Both the position numbers and the translations under genes were made by a program. Below, piece by piece: positions 1 to 11,156 of a stretch of 64,000 bases of DNA (positions are counted from its first letter, which is position 1; each line of letters starts with the position of its first letter). The notes under the pieces are model-generated. The model did no database searches and was not told the DNA's origin. It worked only from the letters and a program-made list of their open reading frames with translations. The DNA is taken from contig OZ257155.1 of the NCBI GenBank assembly GCA_965279355.1, positions 4,276,230 through 4,340,229 on the forward strand. Direction: 5' to 3'. Source of the stretch: Alphaproteobacteria bacterium. Its GTDB lineage: Bacteria > Pseudomonadota > Alphaproteobacteria > CACIAM-22H2.

Positions 1-364
1 CCAGCGGCGCATCACGCGCCACCACCGCCACATTGCCGTCGAGGGCGGCGGCACCGGCGCGCACCACTTCGCCGGTTGCTGCAATCTCGGTGAAGCCTCG
101 GCCGAGCCGGATCACCACGCCGCGCACGCCGCCATCGCGGACCAGCAGGTTGGACGCCACGCCGATCACCGTGACCGGGACATCGGCGGGCTTGGCGGCG
201 AGAAAGGTGGACAAGTCTTCGGCATCGACCGGGCGGAACATGACTTCGGCGGGACCGCCGACGCGGAACCACGTCACGCCGGCCAGCGGCGCATCAGCCG
301 TCAGACGACCGCGCACAGCCGGCAGCCGCTCGATGAGATGTGTCTGTTTGCGCGCCGTCATCAT
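1..364 (-). CDS. murB: UDP-N-acetylenolpyruvoylglucosamine reductase MurB, N-terminal part (gene runs off the left edge)
   Basis: Minus-strand translation of 1-364 gives M(M)[43 protein letters not shown]...[26 protein letters not shown], the conserved MurB N-terminus. The ATG at 362-364 overlaps the murC stop (361-363) as ATGA. It is not in the ORF track because it is partial. The track ORF 12..272(-) is a different, Arg-rich frame. Confidence 0.8.
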   Translation of the reverse strand, partial: MMTARKQTHLIERLPAVRGRLTADAPLAGVTWFRVGGPAEVMFRPVDAEDLSTFLAAKPADVPVTVIGVASNLLVRDGGVRGVVIRLGRGFTEIAATGEVVRAGAAALDGNVAVVARDAPL

Positions 365-1791
365 CGCGCCGCCCCGGCCTGAGACTTGCCGCTCAGCTTC
401 TCGATGTCCTGCGGCAGCGCGTTGGCCCAGTTGGTGATGGTGCCGGCGCCGAGGCAGACGACGAGATCGCCGGGCTTTGCCGTTTCCAGAACCACCGCGG
501 CCAGCGCGCCGGGATCGGACAGGGCAATGACATTGCGATGGCCGTGCGCGCGCAGTCCCGCGACCAGCGCGTCGCGGTCGGCGCCCTCGATCGGCGTTTC
601 GCCCGCGGAGTAGACATCGGCGACGATCACCGCATCGGCATCGTTGAAGCAGGTGCAGAAATCCTCGAAGAGGTTCTTCAGGCGCGAATAGCGGTGCGGC
701 TGCACGACGGCGACGACGCCGGCCTTCGTTGCGCTGCGCGCCGCTTTCAGAACAGCGGCGATTTCGACCGGATGGTGACCGTAATCGTCGATGACGGTGA
801 GACCCGCCGCTTCGCCGGTTTTGGTGAAACGGCGCTTCACGCCCTTGATGCCAGTCAGCGCCTTGCGGATGTCCGCTTCGCCGAGACCCATGCCATACGC
901 GACGGCAATCGCCGCCAGGGCGTTCTGGACGTTGTGCGCGCCGACCAGCGGCAGATGAAGCCCGGCAAAGGTTTGCGCCGTGCCGGCGCGCTCGGAGATC
1001 ACCGCATCGAAGCGGCCGCCATCGGCGGAGAGTTTCATGTTCACGGCGCGCACATCGGCCTGCGGGTTCATGCCGTAGGTGATGAGGCGGCGGTCGGAGA
1101 CCTGCGGGATCAGCGCCTGCACTTCAGGGTGATCGATGCAGAGCGCCGCGAAGCCGTAGAACGGAATGTTGGCGACGAAGTTGCGGAACCCCTGCCGCAA
1201 CGCATCGAACGTGCCCCAGTAATCGAGATGCTCGGGGTCGATGTTGGTGACGATGGCGATGGTGGACGGCAGCTTGTTGAACGTGCCGTCGCTTTCATCG
1301 GCTTCGGCCACCAGCCAGTCGCCCGCACCGAGGCGCGCATTGGTGCCGTAGGCGTTGATGATGCCGCCGTTGATCACGGTCGGATCGAGATTGGCGGCTT
1401 CCAGCATCGCCGCGACCATCGAGGTCGTCGTCGTCTTGCCATGCGTGCCGGCGACGGCGATGGACCATTTCAGGCGCATCAGCTCCGCCAGCATCTCGGC
1501 GCGACGGACCACGGGGACCAGGCGCTGACGCGCGGCCAGAACTTCCGGATTGTCCGCTTTCACCGCCGTCGACACGACGACAACGGCGGCATCGCCAAGC
1601 GTCTCGGCGGTGTGGCCGATGCCGACTTTGATTCCGAGCTCGCGCAGACGTTTGACGTTGGCGCTCTCGGCTTGGTCGGAGCCCTGCACCTTGTAGCCGA
1701 GGTTGTGCAGGATCTCGGCGATACCGGACATGCCGATGCCGCCGATGCCGACGAAGTGGATGATGCCGAGGTCGAGCGGGAGAGCTCTCAC
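361..1791 (-). CDS. murC: UDP-N-acetylmuramate--L-alanine ligase
   Basis: 476 aa with N-terminal [18 protein letters not shown] nucleotide-binding motif and Mur ligase central/C-terminal domains. It sits between murB and murG in the canonical dcw order. Confidence 0.95.
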   Translation of the reverse strand: MRALPLDLGIIHFVGIGGIGMSGIAEILHNLGYKVQGSDQAESANVKRLRELGIKVGIGHTAETLGDAAVVVVSTAVKADNPEVLAARQRLVPVVRRAEMLAELMRLKWSIAVAGTHGKTTTTSMVAAMLEAANLDPTVINGGIINAYGTNARLGAGDWLVAEADESDGTFNKLPSTIAIVTNIDPEHLDYWGTFDALRQGFRNFVANIPFYGFAALCIDHPEVQALIPQVSDRRLITYGMNPQADVRAVNMKLSADGGRFDAVISERAGTAQTFAGLHLPLVGAHNVQNALAAIAVAYGMGLGEADIRKALTGIKGVKRRFTKTGEAAGLTVIDDYGHHPVEIAAVLKAARSATKAGVVAVVQPHRYSRLKNLFEDFCTCFNDADAVIVADVYSAGETPIEGADRDALVAGLRAHGHRNVIALSDPGALAAVVLETAKPGDLVVCLGAGTITNWANALPQDIEKLSGKSQAGAAR

Positions 1792-2915
1792 GCAGCTTTC
1801 TCCGTCGTATGCGTGTTGCCGTTCGCCGGTGCGAAACGCGCGACGAGATCGGCGAGGCGTTCCGCTGCATCGGGACGTCCGAGCATCCAGGCGGCCGCCG
1901 CAGGCTTGCTCAGCGACATTGGATCGTTGAGGAAGCCCTGAAGTTTCTCGGTCAGCAGCGCCGGCGTGAAATCTCGGTCGTTGACCAGCCAGCCGGCACC
2001 GGCTTCGGCGATGGCATCGGCATTCGCGGTCTGGTGATCGTCCATGGCGTGCGGATAGGGCACAAGGATGGCGGGGCGGCCGATGACGGTGAGTTCGGCG
2101 ACCGTCGAGGCGCCGGACCGGCAGACGACGACCGAGGCGGCTGCGAGCCGCGCGGGCAGGTCGGCAAAGAACGTGTCGAGTTCGACCGTCACGCCGAGCG
2201 GGCGATAGGCGGCGCGGGCAGCTTCGATGTCTTCAGCGCGGCACTGCTGCACGATATCGATGCGGGCGCGCTGGTCGGCGCTCAGCGTGGCGATGGCGGC
2301 GGGCACCACGCGGCTGAAGATCGAGGCGCCCTGGCTGCCGCCGGTGACGAGCAGACGAATGCGGCCATCAAAGGCGGGAATCTCGTATGTCGTGTGCCGC
2401 AGCGACAGCGCGTTGGGACGCACCGGATTGCCGGTCAGGGTCACGCGCGCTGCGGATCCTTCGGGCAGGAAGGAAACGTCAGCGAACGATGTCGCGATGG
2501 CCGAGACGCGCTTGGCGATCAGCCGGTTGGCGCGGCCGAGCACGGCGTTCTGTTCATGGATGGCGGTGGGGATGCGAAGCTGGAGCGCCGCAAACATCGT
2601 CGGCAGCGACGGATAGCCGCCAAAGCCGATGACGGCGCCCGGCGACAGGCGCTTGAGCAGACGGCGCGCGCGCCACAGGCTGATCGCCATGTCGAAGCCG
2701 CCGCGCAGTTTCTGCGTGATCGAACCGGTGAGCGTCGAGACGGGAAGATGATGCGTTTCGATCTGCGCCAGCGCGCCGCGATAGTTTGTGCCGCGCGGAT
2801 CGGTGACCAGCGCCAGGCGATAGCCGCGCTCGATCAGGACGCGGGCAAGCGCTTCCGCTGGGAACACATGTCCGCCGGTGCCACCAGCGGCGAGAACGAT
2901 GAGCGTCGCGCTCAT
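1788..2915 (-). CDS. murG: UDP-GlcNAc:undecaprenyl-PP-MurNAc-pentapeptide GlcNAc transferase
   Basis: 375 aa with N-terminal [13 protein letters not shown] motif of the MurG glycosyltransferase family. The start overlaps the ftsW stop by 4 nt (ATGA) and the stop overlaps the murC start. Confidence 0.95.
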   Translation of the reverse strand: MSATLIVLAAGGTGGHVFPAEALARVLIERGYRLALVTDPRGTNYRGALAQIETHHLPVSTLTGSITQKLRGGFDMAISLWRARRLLKRLSPGAVIGFGGYPSLPTMFAALQLRIPTAIHEQNAVLGRANRLIAKRVSAIATSFADVSFLPEGSAARVTLTGNPVRPNALSLRHTTYEIPAFDGRIRLLVTGGSQGASIFSRVVPAAIATLSADQRARIDIVQQCRAEDIEAARAAYRPLGVTVELDTFFADLPARLAAASVVVCRSGASTVAELTVIGRPAILVPYPHAMDDHQTANADAIAEAGAGWLVNDRDFTPALLTEKLQGFLNDPMSLSKPAAAAWMLGRPDAAERLADLVARFAPANGNTHTTEKAA

Positions 2916-4033
2916 AGCTGCTCCCCCGGTCCGAAGCGGCGGCGTGTCAGCGCCAGCATGAACCCCATGCCGAGCGATAGTGCGAGCAACGACGAGCCGC
3001 CGTAGCTGATGAAGGGCAGGGTCATGCCCTTGGTCGGGATGAGGTTGAGCGTCGAGCCCATGTTGATCAGCGCCTGCAGGCCGAACTGCACCAGCAGGCC
3101 GGCGACGGCGAGCAGAACGAAGAGGTTTGAATCCTGCAGCGCGCGGGCGAAGCCGCGCAGCACGACAAAAGCGAACAGGCCGACGACCACCAGGCAGGCG
3201 ACGAGACCGAATTCTTCGCCCGCGACGGCAAAGACGAAGTCGCTATGCGCATCGGGCAGCACCGACTTCACGGTGCCTTCGCCGGGGCCGCGGCCGAGAA
3301 GGCCGCCGTTGAGGAACGCTTCGAGCGCGGTCGAGATCTGATACGTGTCGCCCGAGGCGGGATCGAGGAAGCGGTTGATGCGGCTGGCGACGTGCGGGAA
3401 CACGAAATAGGCGCCGACCAGGCTGGCGATACCGGAACCGCCCAGCAGGACGACCCAGTACATGCGCAGGCCCGCCAGGAAGAACTGGCTGAACCAGACG
3501 GAGGTCACGACAATAGCCATGCCGACATCGGGCTGCAGCAGTAGCATGCCCATGATGACGAGATAGAGGCCGATGGAGAGGAAATCGCCGGGGAAGCTTT
3601 CCTGCTTGCGCTGCATCGAGAACAGCCACGCGGCGACCACCGCGAAGGTCGGCTTCACGAATTCGGAGGGCTGCAGGGAGAAGCCCGGCAGATGGATCCA
3701 CCGGCGCGCGCCTTTGATCTCCATGCCGATCAGGAAGGTGAGGGACAGCAGCGCAACCGCGATGCCAAGGCCAACCAGCGCGGTGATGCGCACCTGACGC
3801 GGCGACATCATCGACACCGCGACCATCAGGGCGATTGCCGGAATCAGCAGGGCGATCTGCCGCCGCACGAAAAAGAAGGGATCGAGGCCGATACGCGTCG
3901 CGACCGCCGGCGTTGCCGCCATCGCCAGCACCGCGCCGAAGCCGATCAGGCAGCCAATGGCGGCCAGCGTCCAATGGTCGACGGTCCACCACCAGCGGCC
4001 CAGCAGCGACGTATCGGCGCGCGCGATATTCAT
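2912..4033 (-). CDS. ftsW: cell division protein FtsW (SEDS family peptidoglycan glycosyltransferase)
   Basis: 373 aa polytopic membrane protein with the SEDS/FtsW signature region. It lies between murD and murG. Confidence 0.9.
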   Translation of the reverse strand: MNIARADTSLLGRWWWTVDHWTLAAIGCLIGFGAVLAMAATPAVATRIGLDPFFFVRRQIALLIPAIALMVAVSMMSPRQVRITALVGLGIAVALLSLTFLIGMEIKGARRWIHLPGFSLQPSEFVKPTFAVVAAWLFSMQRKQESFPGDFLSIGLYLVIMGMLLLQPDVGMAIVVTSVWFSQFFLAGLRMYWVVLLGGSGIASLVGAYFVFPHVASRINRFLDPASGDTYQISTALEAFLNGGLLGRGPGEGTVKSVLPDAHSDFVFAVAGEEFGLVACLVVVGLFAFVVLRGFARALQDSNLFVLLAVAGLLVQFGLQALINMGSTLNLIPTKGMTLPFISYGGSSLLALSLGMGFMLALTRRRFGPGEQL

Positions 4034-5409
4034 GCGCGACCTCCGGCAAACGCGGAGACCAGCGTGCGGAACGCATCGCCGCGCGCCTCGAAGTTGGCGA
4101 ATTGGTCAAAAGAGGCGCAGGCCGGCGAGAGCAGCACCACGGCGCCTGAAATGCCGTCACGTACCGCGTCGCGACGGGCGGCAGTGATCGCCTGGTCCAG
4201 CGTGCCGACAATCGTGTGCGGCGCATCGCCCAGCGTCTGCGCGAATTCGTTTGCGGCCTGACCGATCAGATAGGAGTGACGCAGGCGCGGGAAGAAGTCC
4301 TTGAGGGACGCGATCCCGCCTTCCTTGGGGACGCCGCCGGCGATCCAATAGATCGCGTCGTAGCAGGCCAGCGCCTTTGACGTCGCGTCGGCATTCGTCG
4401 CCTTGCTGTCGTTGATGAAGCGCACGCCGTCGACCGTCGCCACAAGTTCCTGACGATGCGGCAGGCCGGGATACGATGCCATTGCGTCGGTGATGACGGC
4501 GCTGTCGATACCCATGGCGCGGCACGCGGCGTAGGCCGCGGCGGCGTTCTGCCAGTTGTGCTGGCCGGGCAGGGTCGGAATGGGACGGAGGTCGGCGACC
4601 TGCGCCGCGCTGTCCCTGATCGCGTCGTAGAGAATACCGTCGATCGCGAATACACCGCGATGGAGGCGGCGCGCGGCGGAAATCGGAATCACGATCTGAT
4701 CGCCGACGCTGGTGAGCTGGCGGTGTATTTCCTCGCTGCGCGCGTCATCGACACCGATGACGGCCGTGCGCGGGCTGGTCTGGCGATGGAAGATCGTCTT
4801 CTTTGCGGCGACGTAGCCATCCATGCCGCCATGCCGGTCGAGGTGGTCGGGGCTGATGTTGAGCATCACCGCGACATCGAAGGTGATCGAGACGGTCAGT
4901 TCGAGCTGGTAGGACGACATCTCCAGCACGTACGTGCCGTCCTTCACGGAATCGAGCGCCAGCACCGGCGTGCCGATATTGCCGCCGATCGCGGCGCGGC
5001 GACCGGCCTTCTTCAGGATGTGGCCGATGAGGGCCGTCGTCGTCGACTTGCCGTTGGTGCCGGTGACGCCGACATAGCTGGCGTGGCGTTCGGCGCGACC
5101 GAGCAGCTCGATATCGCCGATGATCTCGACCTTGTGCTTCTTCGCCAGCGTCGCGATAGGGTGCGGCTTGGGCCAGGTGTGCGGAATGCCGGGGCTCAGG
5201 ACGAGCGTGGTCAGCTCTTTCCAGTCGGCATTCGCTAGATCGACCGGCTTGAAGCCGCGCGCTTCTGCTTCCGCGCGCTTCTTCGGATCGTCGTCCCACG
5301 CCATCACCTCCGCTCCGCTTGCGCGCAGCGCCTCGGCCGTGACGAGCCCGGATTTACCGAGGCCCATCACTGCGACGGGGTAGGTGGCGAAGGGGAAGAC
5401 GTCGATCAC
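4030..5409 (-). CDS. murD: UDP-N-acetylmuramoylalanine--D-glutamate ligase
   Basis: 459 aa with N-terminal VMGLGKSGL Rossmann-like fold and GTNGKSTT P-loop typical of MurD. It lies between mraY and ftsW. Confidence 0.95.
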   Translation of the reverse strand: MIDVFPFATYPVAVMGLGKSGLVTAEALRASGAEVMAWDDDPKKRAEAEARGFKPVDLANADWKELTTLVLSPGIPHTWPKPHPIATLAKKHKVEIIGDIELLGRAERHASYVGVTGTNGKSTTTALIGHILKKAGRRAAIGGNIGTPVLALDSVKDGTYVLEMSSYQLELTVSITFDVAVMLNISPDHLDRHGGMDGYVAAKKTIFHRQTSPRTAVIGVDDARSEEIHRQLTSVGDQIVIPISAARRLHRGVFAIDGILYDAIRDSAAQVADLRPIPTLPGQHNWQNAAAAYAACRAMGIDSAVITDAMASYPGLPHRQELVATVDGVRFINDSKATNADATSKALACYDAIYWIAGGVPKEGGIASLKDFFPRLRHSYLIGQAANEFAQTLGDAPHTIVGTLDQAITAARRDAVRDGISGAVVLLSPACASFDQFANFEARGDAFRTLVSAFAGGRA

Positions 5410-5416
5410 AGTGCTC

Positions 5417-6505
5417 TCACCTCAGCTTCAAGGTTGAGAGGCCGACGAGGGCGAGGATCATCGCGATGATCCAGAAGCGGATGACGATGGTCGGTTCCTT
5501 CCAGCCCTTCTTCTCGAAGTGGTGGTGGAGCGGCGCCATCATGAACACGCGCTTGCCGGTCAGCTTGAACGATGCGACCTGGACGATCACCGAGACCGTC
5601 TCAAGCACGAAGAGGCCACCGACGATGGCGAGAACGATCTCGTGCTTGGTCACAACGCTGACGGCACCCAGTGCGCCGCCCATCGACAGCGAACCGGTAT
5701 CGCCCATGAACACGGAGGCCGGCGGTGCGTTGAACCACAGGAAGCCGAGGGCCGCGCCGACCAGCGCGCCGCAGACCACGGCGAGTTCGCCGGTGCCGGG
5801 GACGTGGTTGATCAGCAGGTAGTTCGCGAAGATCGCGTTGCCGACGAAATAGGAGAACACGGCGAAGCAGGCCGCCGCGATCATCACCGGCACGACGGCG
5901 AGGCCGTCGAGACCGTCCGTCAGGTTGACGGCGTTCGAGGAGCCGATCATCACGAAGATGGCGAAGGGGAAGAAACCCCAGCCTAGATCGATCAGGATCG
6001 ATTTGAAGAACGGCACCGCGAGCGAGGTCGAGAGCGGCTCGCGCATGAGGATGACGATCCACGCCGTGGCGGCGAGCGCGATCGCGGTCTGAAGGACGAG
6101 CTTGGTCTTGCCGGACAGGCCCTTGGAGTTGCGCTTGGTCACCTTCAGGAAGTCGTCGGCGAAGCCGACCATGCCGAAGCCCAGCGTCACCGCCAGCACC
6201 GACCAGACGTAGCCGTTGCGCAGGTCCGCCCACAGCAGGACCGAAATCGTCATCGAGAGAAGGATCATCACGCCGCCCATGGTGGGCGTGCCCTTCTTGG
6301 TCAGCAGGTGGCTTTCCGGCCCGTCTTCACGGATCGGTTGTCCCTCGCGCTGCATGCGGCGCAGCCATTCGATGATCGGCCGGCCGATCGCAAAGCAGAT
6401 GACGAGGGCCGTCAGCACACCGGCACCGGTGCGGAACGTCAGGTAGCGGAAGACGTTCAGCATCGCGAACTGCTCGGCGAATGGCGCGATGATGTTGAAG
6501 ATCAT
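5417..6505 (-). CDS. mraY: phospho-N-acetylmuramoyl-pentapeptide transferase
   Basis: The conserved MraY sequence begins [27 protein letters not shown] at ATG 6503-6505, giving 362 aa. The track ORF 5417..6796 is over-extended by 97 Arg/Cys-rich codons that overlap the murF 3' end. Confidence 0.92.
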   Translation of the reverse strand: MIFNIIAPFAEQFAMLNVFRYLTFRTGAGVLTALVICFAIGRPIIEWLRRMQREGQPIREDGPESHLLTKKGTPTMGGVMILLSMTISVLLWADLRNGYVWSVLAVTLGFGMVGFADDFLKVTKRNSKGLSGKTKLVLQTAIALAATAWIVILMREPLSTSLAVPFFKSILIDLGWGFFPFAIFVMIGSSNAVNLTDGLDGLAVVPVMIAAACFAVFSYFVGNAIFANYLLINHVPGTGELAVVCGALVGAALGFLWFNAPPASVFMGDTGSLSMGGALGAVSVVTKHEIVLAIVGGLFVLETVSVIVQVASFKLTGKRVFMMAPLHHHFEKKGWKEPTIVIRFWIIAMILALVGLSTLKLR

Positions 6506-6512
6506 GGTTCCC

Positions 6513-7967
6513 TCAGCCGTTCGCTGCGCGGCCGGTCGGCCGGTTGCCGTTGCCGTTCGCGCCCGCGAGCAACGCATCGACGATGCGGCCCATGCGCGAG
6601 CCATACGATCCCTTGACGAGCACGACATCGCCGGGGCGTAGCGCCGCGCGCACCAGCGGCAGCAGCGCTTCGGACGACGCGGCATGGCCGCCACGCTTGT
6701 CCGACGGCAGCGCGTCATGCAGTCCCAACATGTGCGGGCCGCAGGTGAAGACGAGATCGATCTTGTTGGCGACCAGCGGCTCGGCGAGACCGGCATGCAA
6801 TGCCGGCGCCTCGATGCCGAGTTCCAGCATGTCGCCGAGAACTGCGAGCCGTCGCCCGCCGGTACCCGGCCGCGCGTCGCGCAGCACGTCGAATCCGGCG
6901 CGCATGGAGGCGGGGCTGGCGTTGTAGCTGTCGTCGATCAGTTCCGCCGCGCCGTCGTGCAGATGAATGGTGTGGCGCTGTCCCCGGCCTTTGGGCGGCG
7001 TCAGCTTTTCAAAAGAGGCGGCAGCGGCCGATACGTTGACGCCGAAGATCGTGGTGGCGGCGAGGACGGCCAGCGTGTTGAGCGCCCAATGGCGGCCGGG
7101 CGCGGCGATGCGATAGGTCATCGTTTGGCCCTGGATCGATGCCGTGACCAGCGAGCCCTCGGCATCCGCCTGAAGCCCGTTCAGCCGATACTCTGCTTCC
7201 GCATGCGCGCCGAAGGAGATGACGCGATGCGCGCCGCGTGCCTTCGCCCGCCTGGAAAGCAGATCGAAGAAACGGTTATCGCGATTGAGGATGGCGACGC
7301 CGGCGCGCGAGCCTGGCTCGAAGCCGTTGAAAATCTCCGCCTTGGCTGCGGCGACGCCGTCGATGCCGTCAGGGAAGTTCTCGATGTGCACGGCTTCGAC
7401 CGTGGTGACGATGGTCACGTTTGGCCGCGCCATGCGGACCAGCGGCGTGATCTCGCCCATGTGGTTCATGCCGATCTCGATCACCGCGTAGTCGGCATCG
7501 GCCGGCAGGCGCGCGAGGGTCAGCGGCACGCCGATATGATTGTTGAAGCTGGCGGCGCTGGCGTGGGTCGGCTTGTGGGGCTTCCCGCCGATATCGAGCG
7601 CCAGCTTCAGCGCTTCCTTGGTGCTGGTCTTGCCGACGCTGCCGGTCACCGCGGCGACACGGGCGCGCGAGCGCATGCGGCCGGCATGGCCAAGAGCTTC
7701 AAGCGCGTTCTGCGTATCGCGCACGACCAGCAGCGGTCCCGTCGCGTTTGCAATCTCGCGGGACACCATCGCGGCGGCCGCACCGGCGGCGAACGCCTTC
7801 TCGACGTGATCGTGACCGTCGTGGTTGGGGCCCTTGAGGGCGACGAAGAGATCGCCCGGCTGCAGCGAGCGGGTATCGATCGAGACGCCTGTCGCGCCGA
7901 ACGGCGCGCTGGGCTTGCCGCCGGTCGCGGCAGCTGTCTCATGTGCCGTCCACAAGGGGCCGCTCAT
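6513..7967 (-). CDS. murF: UDP-N-acetylmuramoyl-tripeptide--D-alanyl-D-alanine ligase
   Basis: 484 aa with Mur ligase domains and a [11 protein letters not shown]-loop. It lies between murE and mraY. Confidence 0.93.
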   Translation of the reverse strand: MSGPLWTAHETAAATGGKPSAPFGATGVSIDTRSLQPGDLFVALKGPNHDGHDHVEKAFAAGAAAAMVSREIANATGPLLVVRDTQNALEALGHAGRMRSRARVAAVTGSVGKTSTKEALKLALDIGGKPHKPTHASAASFNNHIGVPLTLARLPADADYAVIEIGMNHMGEITPLVRMARPNVTIVTTVEAVHIENFPDGIDGVAAAKAEIFNGFEPGSRAGVAILNRDNRFFDLLSRRAKARGAHRVISFGAHAEAEYRLNGLQADAEGSLVTASIQGQTMTYRIAAPGRHWALNTLAVLAATTIFGVNVSAAAASFEKLTPPKGRGQRHTIHLHDGAAELIDDSYNASPASMRAGFDVLRDARPGTGGRRLAVLGDMLELGIEAPALHAGLAEPLVANKIDLVFTCGPHMLGLHDALPSDKRGGHAASSEALLPLVRAALRPGDVVLVKGSYGSRMGRIVDALLAGANGNGNRPTGRAANG

Positions 7968-9421
7968 GGCGACGCTCCATCGGCGGCGGCAACGGCCTCG
8001 CGCGCAACCGCGACATCGTCGAAGGGCAGCACGGTGCTGCCGACGATCTGGCCCTGCTCATGGCCTTTGCCGGCGACCACAAGTACGTCGCCTTCCTTGA
8101 GGTCCGCGACGGCGGCGAAGATCGCGGCGCGGCGGTCGCCGATCTCGGTCGCGCCGGTCGCGGCGGCCATGATCTGCTGGCGGATCATGGCCGCAACTTC
8201 GCTGCGCGGATTGTCGTCGGTGACGATGGCGCGATCGGCGAGCGTCACCGCGATGGCACCCATCTGCGGACGCTTGCCGGCATCGCGGTCGCCGCCGCAG
8301 CCGAACACGACAACGAGACTCTTGCTGGTGTGCGGGCGCAGCGCTTTGAGAATGGTTTCGAGCGCATCGGGTGTGTGCGCGTAATCGACATAGACGGCGG
8401 CACCGTTGCTACGGATGGCCGCGCGCTGCAGGCGGCCTGGCACGCCGTCGAGATGCGCCAGCGCGTTCACCGCCCTGTCGGTCTCGCTGCTCTGCGCCAG
8501 CACGAGGCCGAGTGCCGCCAGCGCATTCATCGCCTGGAATTCCGCGACCAGCGGCAGATCGATTTCGTAGCGGCGGCCGAGCACCGACAGCGTCAGATGC
8601 TGGCCATGCGGCTTGCGGACCAGCGCTTCAAGTTTCAGTTCGCTGCCGTTGCGGCCGTAGCGCAGCACGCGATGACCGGCGGCGCGGCTGAGAGCCACAA
8701 GCTCATCGACTTCCGGCGTATCGGCATTGATGACGGCAGTGCCGCCGGGCGCCATCACATCCGCGAACAGGCGCTTCTTGGCGGTGAAATACGCCGCCAT
8801 GGTCTTGTGATAGTCGAGATGGTCGCGGGTCAGGTTAGTGAACGCCGCGGCGCTGACGCGCACGCCGTCGAGGCGATGCTGCTCCAGCCCGTGACTGGAG
8901 GCTTCCATCGCAACGCAGTCGATGCCTTCGGCCGCCAGTTCCGCGAGATCCCGATGCAGGGTCACCGGATCGGACGTTGTGAGCGAGCCCGCGCGTTCGC
9001 GATGCGGTGTCGCCAGGCCCAAGGTGCCGAGGCTGGCCGCCTTCAGGCCGAGCTGCCCCCAGATCTGCCGGGCAAAGGTCGCGACCGAGGTCTTGCCGTT
9101 CGTCCCGGTGACGGCGGCAACAATGCGCGGCTGCGTGCCGTAGAAGCGCGCGGTGATGCGCGCGAAGTCGCGCCGGGGATTCAGGGTGGAGATAAATTCA
9201 ATGCCGGCCGGTACAGAGAGGCCCGGCGCGCCGAGCACGGCGACCGCGCCGCGCGCAACCGCATCGGCAATAAAGGTGCTGCCGTCGGCCTTGGTGCCGG
9301 GGAGGGCGGCGAACAGCCAGCCGGGCTTCACGGCGCGCGAGTCCGCGGCGATCCCGGCGATATCGGGATCGCGGGCTGAAACGACAGCCATGCCGTTCTC
9401 AACCAGCTGACTCAAGAGCAC
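7964..9421 (-). CDS. murE: UDP-N-acetylmuramoyl-L-alanyl-D-glutamate--2,6-diaminopimelate ligase
   Basis: 485 aa with a GTNGKTSV P-loop and Mur ligase family layout. It overlaps murF by 4 nt. Confidence 0.93.
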   Translation of the reverse strand: MLLSQLVENGMAVVSARDPDIAGIAADSRAVKPGWLFAALPGTKADGSTFIADAVARGAVAVLGAPGLSVPAGIEFISTLNPRRDFARITARFYGTQPRIVAAVTGTNGKTSVATFARQIWGQLGLKAASLGTLGLATPHRERAGSLTTSDPVTLHRDLAELAAEGIDCVAMEASSHGLEQHRLDGVRVSAAAFTNLTRDHLDYHKTMAAYFTAKKRLFADVMAPGGTAVINADTPEVDELVALSRAAGHRVLRYGRNGSELKLEALVRKPHGQHLTLSVLGRRYEIDLPLVAEFQAMNALAALGLVLAQSSETDRAVNALAHLDGVPGRLQRAAIRSNGAAVYVDYAHTPDALETILKALRPHTSKSLVVVFGCGGDRDAGKRPQMGAIAVTLADRAIVTDDNPRSEVAAMIRQQIMAAATGATEIGDRRAAIFAAVADLKEGDVLVVAGKGHEQGQIVGSTVLPFDDVAVAREAVAAADGASP

Positions 9422-9452
9422 GTCCTCAACTCACTCAATTCATTTGGTCCAG

Positions 9453-11156
9453 TCACCGCACCGCCACGTCCAGCGGCGCCATGTCGCGAAATACCAGTTG
9501 CTGCAGCTGCTGCGGATCCATCTGCGGCAGCCCGTAGAGCGCCGCGATCTGATTGACGAGCCGGCCGGCCGACGGCGCCGCGACCCAACCCGCGGTCGCG
9601 TAGTTGTGCGTGGCCTTGGTGCCCTTGGGCTCATCCAGCATGAAGTAAACGACGAAGCGCGGCGCATTGATGGGGAACGCGCCGACGAAGGAAGAAATCC
9701 GCTTATCGGGGTAGTAGCGGCCCTTGATGTTCTTTTCCGTGGTCCCCGTCTTGCCGCCGACGAAATAACCCGTGGCATCAGCGGATTTCGCGGTGCCCTT
9801 GTGAACGACCAGGCGCATCAGGCCGCGGAGCTGCTCGGAGGTGCGTTGCGAGATGATGCGCTCGCCGGCAGGCATGTCCGCAGCCGAGCGTTTCAACAGC
9901 GTTGCCGGCCGCATCACGCCGCCGTTCGCGAGCGCCGAGACGCCGACGGCGACCTGCAGCGGCGTTACGGCGATGCCGTGCCCGAACGCCACGGTCATCA
10001 CGTTGATGTCGCGCCATGGCGAGGGAATCTGCGGCGCGGCCATCTCGGGCAGCTCAAGCGTCGCGGCCTTCAGCATGCCGGCGCGGGCCAGGAAGTCGCG
10101 CTGACGGTCGCGGCCGAGGTCGATGGCCATGCGCGCCGAACCGATGTTCGACGAGTACATCATGATCTCGGGCACCGAGAGCCAGCGCTTCTGGCCCTTG
10201 TAGTCGGAAATCGAAAAGCGCGAGATCTGGATCGGCTTTGAGGCGTCATAGCCGTCGCGCATCGTCACGACATTGCCGTCGAGCGCCGCCGCGACATTGA
10301 AGAGCTTGAAGGTCGAGCCGGGCTCGTAGGTGCCGAGAGTCACTCGGTTGAAGCGGTTCTCCAGCGGCCCGGCACTGGGATTGTTCGGATCGAAGTCGGG
10401 CAGCGACACCATCGACAGAAGTTCGCTGGTCGATGCATCAAGCACGATGGCGGCGCCGCCGATCGCGCGGAACTCCTCGACCGCAGCCGCCAGCTCGGTG
10501 CGCACGACATGCTGGAGGCGGATGTCGATGGACAGCTGCAGCGGCTCGCCGCCATGCCGCAGGCGATCGTCGAAGGACTGCTCGATGCCGGCCAGGCCGC
10601 GATTGTCGACATCGGTGAAACCGACGATGTGCGACATCAGCGCGCCATGCGGATAGACGCGGCGCTCCTCGCGCTGGAAGAAGAGGCCGGGAATGCCAAG
10701 GCGGTTCACCGCGAATTGCTGGCGCGGCGTCAGGTTGCGGCGCAGCCACACGAAGCTGCGATCGGCACCGAGACGCTGTGCGAGATCCTTCTCGCTGAAG
10801 CCCGGTAGCGTGCGCGCGATCTTGGCGGCGGCGTCGGCCGGATCGATGACGAGACGCGGATTGGCGTAGAGCGAGGCGGTGGCGAGCGACGTCGCCAGCA
10901 ATTCGCCGTTGCGATCGACAATGTCGGAGCGTTCCTGCTCCAGCGAGGGCGAGCGCTGCGCGACGCGCGGCTCATGGCCTTCCTTCAGGACGGTGACATC
11001 GACAAGACGAAGACCGACCACCGTGAACGCGACGGCAAACAGCACGCCGCCGACAACGAGGCGGTGCCGCGCGGTCTCCATCGACTGCTTGGCCGTGCCG
11101 TCGAGGCGCAGCTTGAGCGGAAGCGCGCGGAGAACGTCCGAGAGGCGCGTGGCCAT
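9453..11156 (-). CDS. ftsI: peptidoglycan D,D-transpeptidase FtsI (PBP3)
   Basis: The real start is MATRLSDVLRALPLKLRL at ATG 11154-11156, which overlaps the ftsL stop as ATGA, giving 567 aa. The protein has a TM anchor, PBP dimerisation domain and transpeptidase motifs (STFK, SSN, KTGT region). The first 198 codons of the track ORF are Arg/Pro-rich read-through over ftsL. Confidence 0.9.
   Translation of the reverse strand: MATRLSDVLRALPLKLRLDGTAKQSMETARHRLVVGGVLFAVAFTVVGLRLVDVTVLKEGHEPRVAQRSPSLEQERSDIVDRNGELLATSLATASLYANPRLVIDPADAAAKIARTLPGFSEKDLAQRLGADRSFVWLRRNLTPRQQFAVNRLGIPGLFFQREERRVYPHGALMSHIVGFTDVDNRGLAGIEQSFDDRLRHGGEPLQLSIDIRLQHVVRTELAAAVEEFRAIGGAAIVLDASTSELLSMVSLPDFDPNNPSAGPLENRFNRVTLGTYEPGSTFKLFNVAAALDGNVVTMRDGYDASKPIQISRFSISDYKGQKRWLSVPEIMMYSSNIGSARMAIDLGRDRQRDFLARAGMLKAATLELPEMAAPQIPSPWRDINVMTVAFGHGIAVTPLQVAVGVSALANGGVMRPATLLKRSAADMPAGERIISQRTSEQLRGLMRLVVHKGTAKSADATGYFVGGKTGTTEKNIKGRYYPDKRISSFVGAFPINAPRFVVYFMLDEPKGTKATHNYATAGWVAAPSAGRLVNQIAALYGLPQMDPQQLQQLVFRDMAPLDVAVR

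Noticed and set aside
12-437. Track ORFs 12..272(-) and 33..437(+) at the left edge.
   Set aside because: Both are Arg/Pro-rich wrong frames. The real coding frame here is the murB N-terminus on the minus strand (a different frame), recognised by [13 protein letters not shown]...[10 protein letters not shown].
340-3005. Long plus-strand ORFs 340..1941 (533 aa) and 1809..3005 (398 aa), antisense to murC/murG.
   Set aside because: Products are Arg/Ala/Gly/Asp/His-rich low-complexity strings. They are the mirror frames of well-identified genes, and high-GC DNA routinely leaves stop-free antisense frames.
5417-6796. N-terminal over-extensions of track ORFs: mraY (5417..6796), ftsI (9453..11750), oxoprolinase (23601..27914), NAD oxidoreductase (42953..44533), histidine kinase (47977..50205), cyclase (58848..60866), binding protein B (61603..63021), amidase, mraZ, amidohydrolase and dppC-like.
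   Set aside because: The extra N-terminal segments are Arg/Ser/Pro-rich and overlap neighbouring genes in another frame. Conserved family N-termini begin at internal ATG/GTG codons that form ATGA/GTGA junctions or follow an SD.
6684-9379. ORFs 6684..8384 (566 aa) and 7943..9379 (478 aa) on the plus strand over murF/murE.
   Set aside because: Same antisense artefact with biased composition. The sense-strand genes are unambiguous.
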